A stretch of DNA of 20,000 nucleotides from an uncultured virus (IMG/VR IMGVR_UViG_3300027708_000061) (lineage: Duplodnaviria; Heunggongvirae; Uroviricota; Caudoviricetes): the IMG/VR virus record IMGVR_UViG_3300027708_000061. The stretch is one strand, 5' to 3'. The stretch's first letter is position 1. Each line of letters opens with the position of its first letter. This document shows positions 16,433 through 20,000 of this stretch, one piece after another. Made by a program: the position numbers and the translations under genes. A model generated the notes under the pieces. The model saw only the letters and a program-made list of their open reading frames with translations, had not been told where the DNA came from and ran no database searches.

Positions 16433-17408
16433 GGGTGTTCTCCAAATCTTGCTCATGTTGCTGTAACGCTTTACGCCCCAAGAATGAATCGTTGAAGCGT
16501 GTTCCATCAGAAGCATACACAAAAGAACCTTTGGTTGCTACTACTGCGGTATCGGTGAGTTGGTCAAGCATGCCCAGGTTGCCTAGAGCCTCTTCCAAAT
16601 TGGTGGTGAACATGCGGAGATACTTACCGTGAATCTTTTCAGGGTGTTGTTCTGCAGCACGCCATCGACGTTCATCGCCAAAGAATAAATCCATGACTTC
16701 AATCTCGACTACCGAAGTAATCCCGTACTCACGGCGGTTCTTAGCCAAGGCACCTGCCAATCCTTTGACGTTGACTAGCCCTGGAATCAGGGGGAACTTG
16801 CGGCTGAGTCGGTAGGAAAACTCACAGGCAACGTCGTAGGTTGTCCAGTCTGTGACTGGTCTATTGCCACGAGTCTTTGGCTTGCGTTTATCGCTGACTC
16901 TAGCCTGTGCTTGCTTGGCTGGTAGTTCGCCATCCAGTAATCCAAATGCGACTGTGTCGTCGTCTTCTTCCCATCGGTTCATAGTTTCCTCCTTGTGGGG
17001 AACTTCGTTTCCCACTAATAAATACGTAGTATTTATTACCCTACTTACTTGACTATTAGTAGTATTAGTAATAACTGGTACCATCTGCATACCACCTGTT
17101 GACCCCACCGTATGGTGGATGACAGTTGTTTCTGACCCCACCATACAGTGGGTCAAAGTGTAGCGGTTTTTGTATAAACGACCAAGGTTTCGCTTGGTTC
17201 TAGTGGTCTGAACCAGACCTTTTGATTCCAGCCCTCTGAGAGCCCTACGGACGTTCTCTTCGCCTCGACGAGTCAGGATTGCCAAGTCCTCCATTGTGGC
17301 TTCTACACCCCCGTCAGAGGCTGATAGATGGCACATGGCGACGAGTAGGCGAAACTCTTTATCGTCTAGTTCTAGACTGAATGCTTCAACGGGTAGTGGT
17401 ACGGTCAT
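16422..17408 (-). CDS. Putative replication initiator with N-terminal winged HTH
   Basis: EFRLL...TMEDLA.LT.R.EENVRRALRGLESKGLV...N.Y.L; T/S/V-rich linker; immediately upstream of the DnaC-like gene. Confidence 0.72.
   Translation of the reverse strand: MTVPLPVEAFSLELDDKEFRLLVAMCHLSASDGGVEATMEDLAILTRRGEENVRRALRGLESKGLVQTTRTKRNLGRLYKNRYTLTHCMVGSETTVIHHTVGSTGGMQMVPVITNTTNSQVSRVINTTYLLVGNEVPHKEETMNRWEEDDDTVAFGLLDGELPAKQAQARVSDKRKPKTRGNRPVTDWTTYDVACEFSYRLSRKFPLIPGLVNVKGLAGALAKNRREYGITSVVEIEVMDLFFGDERRWRAAEQHPEKIHGKYLRMFTTNLEEALGNLGMLDQLTDTAVVATKGSFVYASDGTRFNDSFLGRKALQQHEQDLENTRAL
16995..17155. repeat. Probable replication origin: two 23-bp imperfect direct repeats, an AT-rich tract and two abutting hairpins
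   Basis: tgaccccaccgtatggtggatga (17100-17122) and tgaccccaccatacagtgggtca (17133-17155) are 18/23 identical. Inverted repeats at 16995-17015 and 17016-17038; AT-rich tract about 17016-17075. Confidence 0.6.
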
Positions 17409-17431
17409 GGGGCTACTATAGCCTACGTGTC
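17409..17431 (-). promoter_or_regulatory. Candidate leaderless promoter of the replication operon (GACAC-N6-TATAGT-N6-ATG)
   Basis: TATAGT at 17420-17415 lies 6 nt before the ATG; no SD; GACAC at 17431-17427. Confidence 0.55.
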
Positions 17432-17685
17432 AAGGGAGCCGTAACTACTTGTGGTTTGTTGATTAGACCCAAGATTACCAAGGCAAAAAATGCCGCTGCT
17501 AACCCTGCGACTACCATTAGCCAGCCAGATAAACCAAACGACCAAACAGCCAAAATGCTCAACGGAGCAGTCAGAATAGTCCTAAGTACTCTGCCACTTA
17601 TGAGTTTTTCAAGGATAGTCACAAGGAATTCAACGACATAACCTGCCGCCATACCAGAAATAATTACTACGAAAAAAGTGTCCAT
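17416..17685 (-). CDS. Small multi-TM membrane protein (possible holin)
   Basis: 89 aa, about three hydrophobic segments, basic C-terminus; follows a tail gene. Confidence 0.6.
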   Translation of the reverse strand: MDTFFVVIISGMAAGYVVEFLVTILEKLISGRVLRTILTAPLSILAVWSFGLSGWLMVVAGLAAAFFALVILGLINKPQVVTAPLTRRL

Positions 17686-17697
17686 GCGGACAGCATA
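17686..17697 (-). promoter_or_regulatory. Candidate leaderless -10 element (TATGCT-N6-ATG)
   Basis: The whole 12-nt intergenic gap is TATGCT GTCCGC; no SD. Confidence 0.5.
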
Positions 17698-20000
17698 CTA
17701 CGAAAGTTTCATGACTCCAGTGTCAATGTAATCCGAGATGATGTAAGGCGTATTTGCTGGTAAATAACCTTTGATAATGTCTGAACTAGTTGAGCCAGTT
17801 ACGTAGGTAGCAAGCCTTAGTCTTAGTCTTCTTTTGGTGCGATTTGGGTAGTAATAACTTACTGAGTTAAATGCTGTGCCAGCCCACTTACCGCCTTGAC
17901 CCACCATAGAGCCGTCGAAATAATCAGTAGCACTTACTGCGGCTTCTAGTTGGGAAGAGTCAAAATAAATAACTCCATTAGCAGTTGTTGTGGTAATAGT
18001 CGGGGCTACAGTAATCGCTCCATAAGTACTGCTAGTGCTTTTCCATGTTGCTGGAACATACAAAGTTACAGAATTTCTTGCCCAAGCAAACCCAGCCAAT
18101 CCTCCTGAGCCTGGAGTATTTGAAAAACCAACTCCACTGGCTGTGAATGAGTATGTAGTCCCAGCCGTTATTGTAGCAACTGCTGTCACTTTTACAAACT
18201 GGTTATAGGTACCCCCAGCAACACCTAAAATGCTAATTGTTTGACCTATTGCTGCTAATTGAGAAGTTGCAGAGTAGGTATAAGTAGCACTAATACTAGA
18301 CACATAGTTGGCTTGGGTAATTGCAGTATCGATTGTAGCAATGCTTGACTTAGATGACGCAGTAGAGATTGTTGCAGTACTTGCATCGTTAGTTTTTGTA
18401 TACGCACCTACAGCAGTAACAAACGAAACCGAAGCATCGTTAATGGCGGTTACTGTAGATGAAGTACCGTTCAATGAACCGCCTGTAAAACTAATGGAAT
18501 CTCCAACACGAAATGGGTGACCTTGTTGGAACCAAACAGTTCCTGTAGTACCCACCACTTGGCTGCTAATCATTGTAACTGGCATGCTGGCTTTTAAGTT
18601 CAGTACAAAGGGCTGACTACCTGTTTTAGTAGCCGAGTAAATAGAAAACGTGTAGTAATTGTTTGCGGTGGCTGTAGTAGTGTTTGGAGAAAGAGTGCAC
18701 GCACCTGTAGCAAATGTAGACTTTAAAAGATACGAACCATTAGGTGTGTAACTTGGACCAAGAATGTCCGTAGTAGTTTCCGCAACTCGTGCAATGCTGG
18801 TTCCAGTCCCAGTAATAGACCACCCAGTCGTGTCAACTTCTACAGATGGGTTTGTTATTAGATTGGTTTTTGTTGGGTTTAAGAACACCGTTACCATACG
18901 TGGTTCGGTATAAGCAGGCGATGCCACATCAGGAAAAATACCAATCCTGTCTAAGTAGTACGTTCCAACAGTTGCAAAGGTAAACGACAGTAGCCCTTTA
19001 ACCGCTGTAAGTGGAGTAGTAAAACTTACAGAGGCTTTAGTCCAAGTACTTGGGGTCACAGTTACGCTCCCTGTAGTTGGAGTAAGGGCTGTCCCACTAA
19101 CGTCATACCAAGCAATGCTCCAAGTAAAGTTACTTGGTGCGTAGTAGTTGAATACCATGTCATAAGCAGTGGATGGGCTTACTGGTATGCCTTTGGTTAA
19201 TGGAGCACCAAATCCATTAGTAATTGTTGTGTTGGTTGATGAAACAACAACTTTTCCTGTGTACTCAGTATCGAATACAGATTCTCCAGTACCAATAGCC
19301 ATTGGAGCAAAGAAGTCGGGGGTAATTGTGGCACCTGTGCCAACTACTTTCCAGAAGCCTATGCCTTTATAGAACGAAGCATCTTGGATAGACAGCATTA
19401 AGTTTGGTCCAACTGTAATAGTTGAGTCATTGCCAGTAATGTCTTCTACAAATCTTTCAAGACCAATACGAGTACCCTTACGGCTATAGGTGTAGAAGGC
19501 GTTACGAATAAGTTTCTTTTGTTGAGTAGTATTGCCGTCTTGGTCCATCGGAAGACCTAACTGGTAACTCTTTACGTTTACCACGCTAGGGTTTAACCTA
19601 CGACCAGACGAGTCTGGCTTAGTAGTATCTGCATAAGTCATCAAATCATCAAGAGTTAATGAGAACCCATTTAAAAACACAGACAATGGGTTGTCGTTGT
19701 TTTGAGTTGGAGTAGGAACATCTTTAACAATTCCTTGGTCATTACCGTATTGGTAAATGGATGGAAGAAGGCTCATGAACTTATCATGGGTAGTCATCAG
19801 AGTAGCCTGCGGAATACGGACGTCGCCTATAACGTTGCTAGATGAAACGCTTTTAAAAGTATTTACTGGGGTCTTGCTGTCGTGGGCTGCGGGAGCCAGA
19901 CAGAAAGCAGTACCAGCATCAAACCATTCAAATGCAGCCCCTTGAACTGTTGGTCCCAATAGCACAAAGATTCTGTAGTAAACAAACTGACCTGGGATAA
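17698..20000 (-). CDS. Baseplate/minor tail protein (P2 gpI-like region + carbohydrate-binding-like domains), 5' end outside the window
   Basis: The frame stays open past 19965 to the edge (IPGQFVYYRIFV...). LLPSIY...FL..F...LD...AFYTYSRKGTRIGL; NLITNPSVE...GW and YFDSSQLE...DYFDG; T/S/G-rich. Confidence 0.78.
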   Translation of the reverse strand, partial: IPGQFVYYRIFVLLGPTVQGAAFEWFDAGTAFCLAPAAHDSKTPVNTFKSVSSSNVIGDVRIPQATLMTTHDKFMSLLPSIYQYGNDQGIVKDVPTPTQNNDNPLSVFLNGFSLTLDDLMTYADTTKPDSSGRRLNPSVVNVKSYQLGLPMDQDGNTTQQKKLIRNAFYTYSRKGTRIGLERFVEDITGNDSTITVGPNLMLSIQDASFYKGIGFWKVVGTGATITPDFFAPMAIGTGESVFDTEYTGKVVVSSTNTTITNGFGAPLTKGIPVSPSTAYDMVFNYYAPSNFTWSIAWYDVSGTALTPTTGSVTVTPSTWTKASVSFTTPLTAVKGLLSFTFATVGTYYLDRIGIFPDVASPAYTEPRMVTVFLNPTKTNLITNPSVEVDTTGWSITGTGTSIARVAETTTDILGPSYTPNGSYLLKSTFATGACTLSPNTTTATANNYYTFSIYSATKTGSQPFVLNLKASMPVTMISSQVVGTTGTVWFQQGHPFRVGDSISFTGGSLNGTSSTVTAINDASVSFVTAVGAYTKTNDASTATISTASSKSSIATIDTAITQANYVSSISATYTYSATSQLAAIGQTISILGVAGGTYNQFVKVTAVATITAGTTYSFTASGVGFSNTPGSGGLAGFAWARNSVTLYVPATWKSTSSTYGAITVAPTITTTTANGVIYFDSSQLEAAVSATDYFDGSMVGQGGKWAGTAFNSVSYYYPNRTKRRLRLRLATYVTGSTSSDIIKGYLPANTPYIISDYIDTGVMKLS

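Noticed and set aside
17415..17433. TTGACA + TATAGT as a canonical -35/-10 promoter
   Set aside because: The spacing is only 7 nt; reinterpreted as a GACAC box plus -10.
17720..17726. Second TTGACAC upstream of the membrane gene
   Set aside because: It lies 22-23 nt from the -10-like hexamer and inside coding sequence, fitting neither spacing.
906..19945. All plus-strand ORFs in the track
   Set aside because: They are antisense shadows of well-supported minus-strand genes, with no recognisable motifs.
1..20000. tRNA, rRNA, integrase or transposase
   Set aside because: Intergenic gaps are too short or lack cloverleaf motifs, and no such proteins were recognised.

Overview
Gene-dense segment of a tailed dsDNA phage or prophage, probably infecting Actinobacteria (WhiB gene, candidate leaderless TANNNT-N6-ATG starts). 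All credible genes are on the minus strand and many are coupled by TAATG/ATGA/GTGA overlaps. In reading order (right to left): the 3' part of a baseplate/tail protein; a small 3-TM membrane protein; a replication module (HTH initiator-like gene with a probable internal origin, DnaC-like loader, SWIM finger, DnaB, primase, SNF2 helicase, MerR-like HTH, gp32-like SSB, family A polymerase); a recombination module (RecA, PD-(D/E)XK nuclease, WhiB, Cas4-like nuclease, UvsY-like, DUF1599, small accessory genes, RuvC); then a phage-borne SpoVS, three low-complexity ORFs and a truncated conserved ORF. The most interesting signals are non-coding or nested. The initiator gene contains two 23-bp repeats, two abutting cGNAg hairpins and a perfect internal SD with an in-frame ATG. 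Its upstream region reads GACAC-N6-TATAGT-N6-ATG (WhiA/WhiB-like). Twin bulged-A hairpins lie in the SSB leader, and a large-loop hairpin lies before the polymerase. Family calls come from recognising motifs by eye; no searches were run.
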